The notes beneath the pieces were generated by a model, which was not told the DNA's origin, made no database searches, and saw nothing but the letters and a program-made list of their open reading frames with translations. Positions 21,282 to 31,892 of a DNA stretch of 64,000 bases are shown here, piece after piece. Within the stretch, counting starts at the first letter, position 1. Each line of letters begins with the position of its first letter. The DNA is taken from positions 28,737 to 92,736 of the IMG/VR virus record IMGVR_UViG_3300043823_000671; one strand, given 5' to 3'. The position numbers and the translations under genes were made by a program. The DNA is from a virus.

Positions 21282-21916
21282 TTACAGTTCGTGCCGAGGA
21301 TTTTCTTCGGGTTGTTGTTGGGGTTGACCCCGCCGTTACAGCAGGGGAAGACGCAGACGAAACGGGAATCGTTGTAGTCGCAAGCGGTCCGCATCAGCCA
21401 GACACCTGCGCCATTGAGCACTGCACAATGCACGCTTACGTTTTGGAAGACGCCACTTTGCCCCGTGGGACAAAAGCAAGCCCAGAGAAATGGGGAACAA
21501 GGGTCGTTGAGGCGTACGACGAATGGAATGCCGGAATCGTAGTTGTCGAAGGAAACCAGGGCAGGGAGTTGCTACGGAGCGTTCTGCATAACATCAGACC
21601 GACAATGCCGGTTGATATTCCAAATGCAAAATACAACAAGACAACTCGTGCAGAGCCAATCGTTTCACTTTATGAGCAAGGTCGAGTCCATCACCTTGGG
21701 GACCCCGCAAAGTTTGCGCTCTTGGAAGACCAAATGACAACATGGGTACCGACCGGGGTGCGAGGGCGTGGAGGCAAATCCCCTGACCGAATGGACGCAC
21801 TCGTTTGGGCTATAAGTGAACTCGATATCAATACCGGAGTGCGACGCCGTCGCTGGGAAGTAGAAGAAGGCATTACGCCAATCGGTTTCAGCCAGTCAAA
21901 TGGCTGGTCTTTCTAG
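21278..21916 (+). CDS. terL: Terminase large subunit, RNase H-like nuclease part
   Basis: VVVGVDPA, DETGIVV, VVEGNQG, KTTRAEP, SPDRMDALVWA; own GGAGAG RBS and ATGA overlap. Confidence 0.92.
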   Translation: MITVRAEDFLRVVVGVDPAVTAGEDADETGIVVVASGPHQPDTCAIEHCTMHAYVLEDATLPRGTKASPEKWGTRVVEAYDEWNAGIVVVEGNQGRELLRSVLHNIRPTMPVDIPNAKYNKTTRAEPIVSLYEQGRVHHLGDPAKFALLEDQMTTWVPTGVRGRGGKSPDRMDALVWAISELDINTGVRRRRWEVEEGITPIGFSQSNGWSF

Positions 21917-22568
21917 AGACCGAACTCCGCAAGCCTAGATAAACGAAACTTTTCCAATTCAAGATTGAAAATCTCGACGCTCAACGCATTTGTCTGGTTT
22001 TTAGAAAAAGCAATCCTTGCTTCGCTCAAACGCTGGTTGACAGTCTCCAAAAACGCTTCGGCGTACGCCTGTACATCCATTATTTACCCTCGCTTCGAAT
22101 AGTTATCGCCCCAAGTTCTCCAACTGGGTCACCGAAGGCTACCCCCAATAACGGCTCATCAGTCCAGCCGTGAATAGCATCAAGTTCCTCGTCTGTAACA
22201 AAGGGGACCAAGTTTACGCAACCCTCTGAGTGAGCCCAGTCTTCAAACTTCCAATACTTCCGTTCGTCGTTGAAGAATTTGTATTCAGACTCATCGGCTA
22301 CAGCATCGCAACACTTCTCGAAAGAGTCAAGAACCGACGCACGCACGACGGTCCCGTCTTCTCCCGATAAAAGCCGATTGAAGTTCCAGCGACTCGCCGG
22401 GGAAACGGAACGACCCAAAGCGGTCTGTGAGTCGTCATATTCAATTTCTAGGACTACAACTTCTTTACGCATTGCCATTTGGCTCTCCTTTGTATGTAAT
22501 CAAAAGTAACGCAAGGGTGTGACACGACGAAGGGAGGCATCGCATCACACCCTTACGAGGGTGGGCAC

Positions 22569-23546
22569 TCAGGCGTCCTGTAACTGACGCTCGCTTGCCA
22601 TTGAGTCGTTCGACTCATCGATTGAAGTGAATATGAAGTTGTTTACGTCGACGCCCGACTCTTCGTTTACAGCAAGGGCGCAGTTGCTAATTGCGTTACC
22701 GATGTAGACCAAGAGTTGCTTGTAGAGAGCAAGAAGAAAGTTTTCGGCTTCGCTCTTAGCGTCTTCAAAGTTCAGGAACCAGCAGTTCTCGTTGTAGAGG
22801 CGAAGCAAAAAGTTCTCGTCACCAGCACCAGCAAGGTGGTTGATAAGTCGGTTCAAGCGGTTTGCGCTGTTGTTCGAAGAATCGCCAAAGTAGTTTCTGG
22901 TGGAGTGGCGAACCGTGTACCGGGTCTGCACCGAGTCGCCACCCATAACAAATTCCTGCCCCACGAAAGCGTAGGTATCGGATTCAGAGCCATTCTGGGG
23001 AACGTACTTGACGAACTTACCGGAGTTGGCAATGACGGGGACGAGGGCGCCACTAGCGACAATGTTGATGCGGTCAACCAGTTCATTCCAAAGTTCAATC
23101 AACGAATCAAGACCAAGACCGATAATCGATTCGTTGCTGTGGTCGAAAGATGTAAGACCATCATCACCAAAGAACGAGCGGATGGAGCGTGTCTGCTCTG
23201 CGACGGCATTCGAAAGCGAATTTTCTTCGCTCTCTTTCATCTGATTCAAGAACGTGCTAATCGAGCGACGGATTTTCGTGTTGTCGATTGACGAGCGGTA
23301 TGCGTTTGCACGCTGGCGGAAAGCGGATGGGTCCTGAACCCACATCCGAACCGTGGAGTCTCCTTCTCGCTGGCGAACGTCAATGTCGAAAATATCTCCG
23401 ACCAAGTATCCGACAGAGACGGTGGATGCTACGTTCACCGGAACCGTACCGCTCTCGGCAGAGGCGATTGCTCTCTCGGCATTCTGGTTTACAAGGTTGA
23501 AAAACCCGACCTTGTCAAACTGGATTCTCTTCACATTCTCTGGCAT
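22569..23546 (-). CDS. Hypothetical protein (early gene)
   Basis: 325-aa ORF with its own promoter (TTGCAA-N17-TACAAT, 23604-23576) and RBS. Confidence 0.7.
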   Translation of the reverse strand: MPENVKRIQFDKVGFFNLVNQNAERAIASAESGTVPVNVASTVSVGYLVGDIFDIDVRQREGDSTVRMWVQDPSAFRQRANAYRSSIDNTKIRRSISTFLNQMKESEENSLSNAVAEQTRSIRSFFGDDGLTSFDHSNESIIGLGLDSLIELWNELVDRINIVASGALVPVIANSGKFVKYVPQNGSESDTYAFVGQEFVMGGDSVQTRYTVRHSTRNYFGDSSNNSANRLNRLINHLAGAGDENFLLRLYNENCWFLNFEDAKSEAENFLLALYKQLLVYIGNAISNCALAVNEESGVDVNNFIFTSIDESNDSMASERQLQDA

Positions 23547-23608
23547 ATGAGCCCCCTTCTTTTTCCTACATATCCATTGTATCTAAACCATGGTTTAGTT
23601 GCAAGTAC

Positions 23609-23965
23609 CTACAGCCCTTTGTCTGCAAGGTATTTGTCGTCTCCGCCGTACCATGCTTTGGCAAAATCAACCGCTTCTTGAAAGGAGTCTGCTGGCGATG
23701 AACCGCTAACGGTCAACGTAATGACACCAAACTCGGCAAGACGGGCTAGGAAAAACTCATCCGGCAAGTTCTCGTCGATGACGATTCCATACTGGATGAA
23801 TAGCCTGTACGAGATACCTACCTTGGGATGCTTGTGGTCATCGGGTAGATACGAGCGCTCTCCGATGTTGTGGAGAATGTCGAAAGCGGATGGGGCAACG
23901 ATTGTCTCATCGCCCCAAACGACTGTCCACTTTGCGTTGCTTGGGTATGCATTATTAGTACTCAT
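23609..23965 (-). CDS. Hypothetical protein of the amidoligase operon
   Basis: Co-oriented ORF downstream of the GATase gene. Confidence 0.6.
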   Translation of the reverse strand: MSTNNAYPSNAKWTVVWGDETIVAPSAFDILHNIGERSYLPDDHKHPKVGISYRLFIQYGIVIDENLPDEFFLARLAEFGVITLTVSGSSPADSFQEAVDFAKAWYGGDDKYLADKGL

Positions 23966-24022
23966 GAGTCCCTTCAATCCTTTCCATCAAGTGTACATAA
24001 ACCGGTGTATAGTCGCAAACGA

Positions 24023-24757
24023 CTAGGCGATATTTTTGACGCTGTCTTTGATAACCGATAGGTCGACAATCTCGCCGTTACGGATTCGCATATACGTGTA
24101 AGGCATAACTTCCTCCGACCAAGCCAACTCAACGCCAGCGCTCTTGCAGGCATTGAGCAACAACTGCTCGGTAGAAGCAAAGAACAACGACCCACGCTCG
24201 GTACGACCGATAGCGAGCGGAGACCCATCGAGTCGGGCAAGGTGCAAGTCACGCTTGTCACGTGCGTTGAACCAAGCGAGAGAAGCACGACCTTCGATAG
24301 AGCGCAAGACACGAATGGGCTCGTGCTTGGTCGCATCAAGAAGGGCGAAAGCGGATTCGCTGTCAACTTGGGCGATGCGACGGCTACCAATGTGCTTGAA
24401 GATTTTGTCATCATTGGTAATGACGCCATTGTGAACACCGACGATTCGACCCGAAACGATTGGGTGGTTATTCAGATTGTTTTCAGGCGAACCCTTTGTA
24501 GCCCAGCGTGTGTGCAAAATCGCACGCTTTGCGCTTGCTGGCATTTTTGTGATGTAGTGCTCGAACTGGTCTGCGGGGACCGGAGCCTTGCTCACCGCAA
24601 TTGTCGGGCGGTCGCCCGAGCCCTTCGACGGGACAACCCACGATGCGCCGGTTGCGTCTTCGCCACGAACGACAATCTGGTCAAGCAAGCACTTAGACAA
24701 CTTGCGTGCATTGAACTTCTCATTTGGACTTAGGCAGAATCCTGCGATACCACACAT
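24023..24757 (-). CDS. Class II glutamine amidotransferase
   Basis: N-terminal MCGIAG, RG.DATG, HTRWATKG, NNHP, VHNGVI, VDSE, FASTE. Confidence 0.92.
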   Translation of the reverse strand: MCGIAGFCLSPNEKFNARKLSKCLLDQIVVRGEDATGASWVVPSKGSGDRPTIAVSKAPVPADQFEHYITKMPASAKRAILHTRWATKGSPENNLNNHPIVSGRIVGVHNGVITNDDKIFKHIGSRRIAQVDSESAFALLDATKHEPIRVLRSIEGRASLAWFNARDKRDLHLARLDGSPLAIGRTERGSLFFASTEQLLLNACKSAGVELAWSEEVMPYTYMRIRNGEIVDLSVIKDSVKNIA

Positions 24758-24768
24758 ATTTTTACCTC

Positions 24769-25869
24769 CTATGAACGTGTGCTGGCAAGGTTGACAGCAC
24801 GGGTCTTGAGAAACTGACCAACATTGTTGGGAAGATTGATTTCATCAACCATCGCTTCGAGCGAACCGAAGTTCGTCTTTGCGTCTTCGATTGCTACCGC
24901 CTTCTCGATGAGGGCGAGCACAAACTGAATCCAGGAAGTCAACTTCTCGCCGTTGAGTGTTCCCTGGTGCTGGCGGAACTCGATTGTTCCGTACTTCGAG
25001 TAGGCGTGAGCGTTGATAGCACGGTAGCGGTTGATGTTGCGTAGCGCAATCCTTGAACTGTTGAGGTCCGCTTCCGACACCGCACCATTGAAGGCATTGG
25101 CGATTGCGTTGTACTCGGCAATGACGCCAGAACCGTAGCGACTGTTGATTCGGTCGTTGGGGTCGAACGATGGGCAGAAGCGGTTCTCGTGACGGCTATT
25201 CGCAAGAATCTGGTTGATGTTCTTCTGGTTAGCGATGTAGAGGTCGATGACCTTCATAATCTCAGCACCAACCAAGTTGTCCATGCCGACGTGCAAGTGG
25301 AGCCCGCACGTGCGGTCTACACGAGCACCAGCATTGAGCAGTGCGCCAACGGACTTGGAAGCCATTTCCAATCCTTCGATACCACGAAGAATCGGGGAGA
25401 CCAACTCAAGACCGTGACCGAGACCGGTGCCACGACTCGTAACCGAAGCGTCGGTAACAATCTTCCAGGAAGCGGTTACGTTGTGGTTGTAGCGCTCGTA
25501 GTTGACATCAATGCCAACAGCACGAAGGGCTTCGACGGCGACCTCGGGACGGATGTTGAAGAACTCCGCTTCGAAACCGAAAGTGCGATTCGAGGGAATC
25601 TGAATATCCGGCGAGTTCTGCTCGGACACGATTGCAACTGCACGCTCAGCGTTACGGGAAGCCTGGCGACGCTGAGCCGTACGGACCGCTTCGTAAGCGC
25701 TCTGGGCACGGGGCACTCCATTTGGCGTGAACCCTAGAGCCCGAGCGATGTCGATGTACGACTCGCCAGCCAGACGGAGGCGCAAAGCCTCGTCCTGCCG
25801 AGCGTGAGTAGCCTCACGGCTCCGGTTGATACTTGAGCGATTGTAACGCTCTGGTCGGTTTGCAGGCAC
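24769..25869 (-). CDS. Putative amidoligase (COOH-NH2 ligase type 2) with N-terminal HTH
   Basis: TFGFEAEF, WKIVTDASV, ELVSPIL, CGLHLHVG, RYRAIN, TIEFRQHQGT; N-terminal ALRLRLAGESYIDIARALG HTH. Confidence 0.88.
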   Translation of the reverse strand: MPANRPERYNRSSINRSREATHARQDEALRLRLAGESYIDIARALGFTPNGVPRAQSAYEAVRTAQRRQASRNAERAVAIVSEQNSPDIQIPSNRTFGFEAEFFNIRPEVAVEALRAVGIDVNYERYNHNVTASWKIVTDASVTSRGTGLGHGLELVSPILRGIEGLEMASKSVGALLNAGARVDRTCGLHLHVGMDNLVGAEIMKVIDLYIANQKNINQILANSRHENRFCPSFDPNDRINSRYGSGVIAEYNAIANAFNGAVSEADLNSSRIALRNINRYRAINAHAYSKYGTIEFRQHQGTLNGEKLTSWIQFVLALIEKAVAIEDAKTNFGSLEAMVDEINLPNNVGQFLKTRAVNLASTRS

Positions 25870-25903
25870 CTGAACTCCCTTCGTTGGTTTTTCCTACATA
25901 AAC

Positions 25904-25932
25904 AGTGTAGCGGGGTTTAGCGCCCGGCGCAA
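25904..25932 (-). promoter_or_regulatory. Phage promoter with CTAAAC-N5-TACACT motif
   Basis: Minus strand TTGCGC-N17-TACACT containing CTAAACCCCGC. Confidence 0.65.
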
Positions 25933-27764
25933 GTACTCTACAGCCCTTGGGAAATAAGGGGTTTCAGAAAACCTTGACACGACATCCAAAAAGGATGTAC
26001 TGTGGTTTAGTCAAAAAAAGGGAGTTCAAATGACACAACTTAGATACAAGCCAAAGCGCCGTCGTTCGGTTCGCCGGGGAAGACCGGAAACGGAAGACAT
26101 TTACAGCATCGGATTCATCCTCGGGTTTGCGACATGGTTTTTTGCGCCGGTCTACTCGAAGGCTCTGGGCGATGCTCAGGCGAGCGGAAATGACCACACG
26201 AGGTTGCTCTCTCTGCTTTGGATTTTTGTGTTTGCTGGCGGGTGGTCAGTAATCGTTGCTATCGCCTACACGATAAGAGAGGGTCGCAGGGGTCGCTAAA
26301 CACGGCATCAGCAATCCCAGTTTGGTAGTCTCTCTACCATGACTCACATCGAAATCAAGAAGTCAACTGGCGCAATCAATGTGTGCAAGAGGAATGCCGT
26401 AAACGGCATCGTGACACGCTCTGTATGTATTGGATATGTCGAAACTTCAACCCCCGAAGACGAGATTCACGCTTCCGCAGAAGAAGTCGCAGGGGATTTT
26501 GGATGGGTTATTGACGACCAATATGGATGGTCAAAAAGCGAAGACTACGAGTGGGTTGACTGCTTCGCAAAGCCTGTATCTGTGTCTTTTGTTGGGAACT
26601 CCGTACCGGCGGACGCCGTATTTTTAGCACGTAGCGCCGGAGTCGAGACAGACGAAATCTTTTACGCCGACTCCTACGATGAGGAATCTGGGAAGACTCG
26701 GGTTTGGTTCTCTGTCGGGGAGCCGAAGGGGTGGGTCTGGGAAACCAATCTTCCTTGGGGAGACTGGTTTGACGAATGAGAAAACTACCTTTCCATAGGC
26801 GCATCGTCATAATGGCGACTGGCTACGTAGAGCCGAGAGATTTGGAAAACTACGGTCGTATTGAAGGTCATGCGTTTGAAGACGATGACCTAGTTAGGGT
26901 CGCAACGCAAGAGGCTCTAGGCGCTTCTTTAGAGATTATCGGTCTCCACGGCGCTATATGGGATGACCTTATTTCCCACCTATCTACGATGGGGCTCTTT
27001 GTTGAGGTCGAATTCGAAACCGCACGAAGAATGGAAGATGCAACAAAACGCCTAGAGGCATCACTTATTATTGCAAAGGACGCAATCAACCTAGAGGTCG
27101 ATTGGGAAAGCAACGAACATGAGTAATGAAAAAGAAAAAGAAGAACTGTCTCTACAGGAGCAGTTTGACAGTCTTACAAAACTTAGCGAGATTGAGCGAC
27201 GTATGCTCAGCCGGGCTATTTATGTTCTTTGCGAGTTGACCGGTAAGCGTCCGCCGGAAGTTGTCCAACTTCTTTCACTCGACTTAGACGATGAGTATTC
27301 AAAGGCTGTAGACACGGCGACCGAAGATAAGAAGCCCAAACTCTACGTTCCGAGTAGAAAATTAATCTAACGAATTATTTGAAAATGATGGGTGACCTTT
27401 TTGGGGTCGACCAAACGCCTCTTTGATTTCTTCGCCATTGGTGACGGCTTGGAGTAGTGGGAGTTTTCAAACAATGAACTCTGCACCGGCTTTTTCTTTT
27501 TTGAACTGCCAATAGGGATTATGTCAGCAGGTTCCGAGTTACGTGCTCTCAACTTTGGCGATATGAAGATGTCATCGTCAGCGTACTCATCGAGAATCAA
27601 ATCGTCGCACTCTTCGAAAAAGTAAAAGGGAAGGTCTTCCCTTTGGCAACCAAGGAACGTCATCCACTCCTTGTCGTTCATTCCTAGTACAAAATTGCGT
27701 TCAAGACCCCAGCGCTTGCTCAAGTAATCTATGTCGTGCGAGTCAAGAAGACTAGAAAAAGTTC

Positions 27765-28187
27765 TCACCACCACACCGCCCTTTCTGCGGAAAGCCAATC
27801 GTTATCGGGAACTGCCTGCCCGTGGGTTTTGTCCCAAGTGCAAATCAAAGCCATTTTCTGAGTCCCATCAGCCAAGGTCACCTCACCCTCGCTAAGACGG
27901 TAGCCAGCACTAACCTCCATAGAGAGCATTTGAGCCAAGTCGGAATTGACAACTACTTCAAAAACCTCACCGACCGCCTCATCGTCAAACTTCCCCGTCC
28001 ATACGCAGTATGGGTAGCGCTTGTGGTCGGTTGGGTAGAAAAGGCGGGCAAATCGCAAAGAAGCCTTCCCCAAGTCATCTACGACGAGGTCTTTGAGCCA
28101 ATGCTCGTAAAGAGCCCCATCTTTCCTCAGGGTCCCGTAAGCGAAAAACAAAAGGGTGTCGCTTGGTGCGGTAACGTCGTTATTCAT
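27765..28187 (-). CDS. Gamma-glutamylcyclotransferase (AIG2-like)
   Basis: FFAYGTLR, YP, AVGEVFEV, E...GY, WL. Confidence 0.85.
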   Translation of the reverse strand: MNNDVTAPSDTLLFFAYGTLRKDGALYEHWLKDLVVDDLGKASLRFARLFYPTDHKRYPYCVWTGKFDDEAVGEVFEVVVNSDLAQMLSMEVSAGYRLSEGEVTLADGTQKMALICTWDKTHGQAVPDNDWLSAERAVWW

Positions 28188-28549
28188 ATAGTCCACTATA
28201 GCGTTTTTAGCAACTGGATGCAAGCACCCATAGAACAAAAGCATTGACAGATGAAGTATGGTCTTTGCAATGAGTGCCGAGCCCGCAAAGAAAACTTTCC
28301 AATTCTTTGTGTCTCAGGCTGAATCGGCTAAGCATCCTGGGAAAGTAAGCGTGGGGATGATTGAGCGACACGACGATTCCAATATTCTCGCAACAATGAT
28401 GCCGGTTGGTCTTTGCAAGAAAGAGCAAGCGGTTCAGCAGGCGGAGTTGTTTGCAATCAAGAACGGATTGCAGATTGTAAGTAAGTGGAGTACAAGCGGA
28501 AGCGGGCGCCACCTTACCGCTATCGCCCAAGAGCACCCGGGGTACAAGC

Positions 28550-28993
28550 ATGAATAGTTATTGGCGTGATGAGGCTAACTGCAAGTCTCTCAACAAGGAT
28601 TTGTTTTTCCCGCAAAAGAAAATGCGTGTCACCAGCCAAGCGGTTGAGGCGTGCAAGGCTTGCCCAGTAGTCAAAGAATGCGCCGAGTGGTCAATAAAGC
28701 ACGAAATACATGGATACTGGGGTGGCATGACTGCCCACGAGCGTGCACAGATTAGGGCACGCAATAACATCTTCCCCGACATCCCCGAGTCACGCATTTT
28801 CGGCGCCGGACTAAAAGTGCGTCGTCAGCGTCGACCGCTCTGTGGCACCCCGGGTGGATACAAGAGCCATCGTCTTTATGGCGAGCCCATGTACACCATA
28901 GAAAATGGCGGATGCGGGTGCATCGAGGCACACTCAGAGCGAATGCGCCAGTACCAGAAGACCTACCAGGACCGCAGGGCGCAAAGCAAATAA
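28550..28993 (+). CDS. whiB: WhiB-family transcription factor with C-terminal CGT..GY..H extension
   Basis: WRDEANC..LFFP..ACKACPVVKEC...GYWGG.T..ER. Confidence 0.9.
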   Translation: MNSYWRDEANCKSLNKDLFFPQKKMRVTSQAVEACKACPVVKECAEWSIKHEIHGYWGGMTAHERAQIRARNNIFPDIPESRIFGAGLKVRRQRRPLCGTPGGYKSHRLYGEPMYTIENGGCGCIEAHSERMRQYQKTYQDRRAQSK

Positions 28994-29019
28994 TTGAAAA
29001 CGCAATGTACCCTTGATGC

Positions 29020-30087
29020 ATGGGTAAAACGAAAAAAGGCATCTATTCGTGCGCCCTTTTTTCGGTAATTGCTCTTGTCGCATTGCTTCTTTTTAGCGCA
29101 ACTCCGGCTCAGGCGGTCAGCCAGGGAGTCTGCTCGTCCTGGGTTCAGTTAATCGATATTTCTGACAACCAAGTCCACCCAATCAACTGGTCTGAACTGG
29201 CTAAATCCGGCACGGCGGGCGTTTACATCAAGAACTCCGAAGGCGCTTCGTACGTCAACGAGTATTGGAAAACCGACACGACGTATGCAACAAAATACGG
29301 ACTGCCATGGGGCGGTTACTACTTCGCCCAGCCACAACAACTCAATGCAGTGGCGTCTGCAAAATTTTTTGTCAAGTCGGGCGGAGCAAGCGGAATTCTC
29401 CCGCCCGCCCTTGACATCGAGGTTTCAAAATTATCAGGACCCGCAACAGCGCAGTGGGCATATGACTGGCTAAACGAAGTCCGTTATTTGACAAACCGTA
29501 CTCCGATTATTTACACGGGCTCGTACTATGGCTGGTCAGACGACAACCGGTTGGGTGGCTTCTCACTGTGGCTCGCCGCATACCCTTTGCAATACAAAAC
29601 CGTAACCAATCTTTGCAGGTTGCCACTTCCATATTTGGCAAACCCTTGGTCCAAAGAAGGTTGGTCGATTTGGCAATTTACTAGCGTTGCTTATGTATAC
29701 GGAATTCAGAATCATGTTGACAGGTCCGTCGCAGTGTCAAGTTGGTGGACTCAATACACTGGAGCGGGCGTACAGGCGCCTGTTCCCGGGACGTCAAAAT
29801 TGCCAAGCCCGATTTACACGACCAGTTCTCACGGACCGGCGGTTGTGGCAATACAAACACTTTTGATAGCGCACAAACTTTTACCTGCTGGGTCTGCGGA
29901 TGGAGTTTTCGGTCCGGCGACAAAAACTTCAGTCGAAAAGTGGCAAGTGATAATTGGGGTAACTCCAGATGGCGAATGGTCGGCATCAACGGCGCAGGCT
30001 TCAAGTTTTTACCTCAGCCATGGAATAAAAATGTCTGTTTATAACGCAATGCTCGTAGCGGGTTCTGCGATGAAAGGAAATAACTAA
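29020..30087 (+). CDS. Endolysin: signal peptide, GH25 muramidase, peptidoglycan-binding domain
   Basis: IDISDNQ, IKNSEG, GGYYF, PPALDIE, PIIYT, LWLAAY, IWQFT; C-terminal ADGVFGPAT..WQ..GVTPDG. Confidence 0.9.
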   Translation: MGKTKKGIYSCALFSVIALVALLLFSATPAQAVSQGVCSSWVQLIDISDNQVHPINWSELAKSGTAGVYIKNSEGASYVNEYWKTDTTYATKYGLPWGGYYFAQPQQLNAVASAKFFVKSGGASGILPPALDIEVSKLSGPATAQWAYDWLNEVRYLTNRTPIIYTGSYYGWSDDNRLGGFSLWLAAYPLQYKTVTNLCRLPLPYLANPWSKEGWSIWQFTSVAYVYGIQNHVDRSVAVSSWWTQYTGAGVQAPVPGTSKLPSPIYTTSSHGPAVVAIQTLLIAHKLLPAGSADGVFGPATKTSVEKWQVIIGVTPDGEWSASTAQASSFYLSHGIKMSVYNAMLVAGSAMKGNN

Positions 30088-30431
30088 TGCTTCTAGTTGC
30101 GGGGAACATAAACCTAAGTGTTTCGCAGAACACATATCTATTCATCAGTTTTATTTCAATGCTGTTGACGATGGTATCAACGTCAATACTCATTTACCGA
30201 AACGTAAAGAATGCAGACAAGAAGACGCTAAGCGACTTTGAGCGCAAGGCTCTTTCGGCAATCAGGGACCTAAAGAACGACGTTGCAGACGTAAAAAAAG
30301 ATGTTTGGGACACGACTGTACGACTGGAAAACCACATCGACAAAGCGGGGGGCGAAGAAGTGCCAGTAAAAACACTCGCAAAAAAGCCAGCAAAAAGAAT
30401 CGCAAAGAAAGTTGCTCCCAAGAATGACTGA
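30087..30431 (+). CDS. Single-TM holin-like protein
   Basis: One TM plus coiled coil ending RLENHI, directly after the endolysin. Confidence 0.5.
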   Translation: MLLVAGNINLSVSQNTYLFISFISMLLTMVSTSILIYRNVKNADKKTLSDFERKALSAIRDLKNDVADVKKDVWDTTVRLENHIDKAGGEEVPVKTLAKKPAKRIAKKVAPKND

Positions 30432-30852
30432 AGAACACATACAAAAGATGACGCACTCATATGCGGTTAGATTCCCCGACCACACGCCACGGGAGCATGA
30501 CCCGCACTATGTCGACTTCGACCACATTCATCGTGCGTGGAAAAAAGACCCCGAAAAGTGGCAATGCCACATCGGGAAGCACCGCAACGATTTTTCAGAG
30601 TGTGATTTGAATAACCCGCTCGAACTACACCACGCCCATATTGAATTTGCGCTAATGAACGCAGTTGAACTCAAGTGGCTTGCGGTTGATTACCCCGGAG
30701 TCGATGACCCGGAAAAATTGGGCGCATGGGTGGAGAGCGCAGACAACCTGTGGGTTCTCTGCCGGTTCCATCACCGTGGTCATGGCGGGGCGCACGTCGC
30801 TTCGAGCAGTGACTTTGAAGGGCTCAAGTACGTAAGGGGATTGATTATCTAA
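30424..30852 (+). CDS. HNH-like protein
   Basis: C....C...LELHH....NLWVLCRFHHRG..G.H. Confidence 0.55.
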   Translation: MTEEHIQKMTHSYAVRFPDHTPREHDPHYVDFDHIHRAWKKDPEKWQCHIGKHRNDFSECDLNNPLELHHAHIEFALMNAVELKWLAVDYPGVDDPEKLGAWVESADNLWVLCRFHHRGHGGAHVASSSDFEGLKYVRGLII

Positions 30853-31250
30853 TGCTTTTTGTTTTTACCATCACGACGGTCTCGTTTGTAATTTCAAATA
30901 TCGCCAGCGTTTTTATGGTGCAGGCAGAAAACCGCTCTAAGCCAGTCCTTGCTGGCGTTTTTGAAGCGGTATATGCGTTGCTTTTTATCGTAGGCGCCAA
31001 GTACTCCGTCTCAATTGGCGGTGCCAATCACACCCGAACATTCGTATTGATTTGCGCCATCATTATTGGAAACTTTTTGGGCGCATTCATTGGGACCAAG
31101 TGGGGAGACCGCTTTATCGTTGACCATGATGAAATAAAAATGGACAACACGATTGCAGAGCACGAGGCTTCACTGGCTCTAGCCCATCAAGCGCTGGAAG
31201 AGTTGGTGCGTGAAGTAGAAATGCACCACGAACTAGACGGCGAAGACTAA
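30852..31250 (+). CDS. Three-TM membrane protein
   Basis: Three hydrophobic segments and an acidic tail. Confidence 0.65.
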   Translation: MLFVFTITTVSFVISNIASVFMVQAENRSKPVLAGVFEAVYALLFIVGAKYSVSIGGANHTRTFVLICAIIIGNFLGAFIGTKWGDRFIVDHDEIKMDNTIAEHEASLALAHQALEELVREVEMHHELDGED

Positions 31251-31801
31251 CGACGACGGAAAAGATGCTTGCGGTAGTAGCGAGCCTCTTCGATTGAGTA
31301 GTGGATGTCGTCAAGCGCACGGTGTGCCACCCCGCCGTTGTCCATCTTCTTCTTGCGACGAGACTGCGTCTTCTTGTTCCAGCGATTTGCCAGTTCCTTG
31401 ATGGTCGACACGTCAATTGTGCGATACGACAAAAGGCTTTCAAAATAAGGCATCTGCTTCTTGAGAAAAGCACGGTCAAAACCAACGGAAGAGCCTGCGA
31501 GTGGCGCACGCTTGAGCGCCTCGGCACCAAAGTGGTCGACAAGGAAGCCGGAGAGAATGTCCTGGACATCTTCCACGGTAAATTCTGCACCGTCTAGTTC
31601 ATTCAGCAATCCAGACTTGGCGTGCATCGTGGCGACATACGGGTCGAGTTCGTCGGGGTTGACAGGAGACTCTTGCTTCAGAACAGAGTTGAGGGAAAAA
31701 ACTTCGGTCAAGTTGTCATCAGTTATAACAACAGCAATCTCAAGCAACTTGTCGGTCTCGGGGTCAAGCCCGGTCGTCTCTGTGTCTACCCAAACAATCA
31801 T
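31247..31801 (-). CDS. orn: Oligoribonuclease (DEDDh)
   Basis: VWVDTETTGLDP, LEIAVVITD, MHAKSGL, LAGSSVGFDRAFL, YRTIDVSTIKELA.RW, HRALDDI..SIEE. Confidence 0.92.
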   Translation of the reverse strand: MIVWVDTETTGLDPETDKLLEIAVVITDDNLTEVFSLNSVLKQESPVNPDELDPYVATMHAKSGLLNELDGAEFTVEDVQDILSGFLVDHFGAEALKRAPLAGSSVGFDRAFLKKQMPYFESLLSYRTIDVSTIKELANRWNKKTQSRRKKKMDNGGVAHRALDDIHYSIEEARYYRKHLFRRR

Positions 31802-31863
31802 GATGCACCTTTCTTTATCACCAGATTACAAATCTGCTGTTACACCGTTATTGCGTTGGATAA

Positions 31864-31892
31864 AGTGTACAGGGGTTTAGCAATCAAGTCAA
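31864..31892 (-). promoter_or_regulatory. Phage promoter with CTAAAC-N5-TACACT motif (orn)
   Basis: Minus strand TTGACT-N17-TACACT containing CTAAACCCCTG. Confidence 0.65.
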
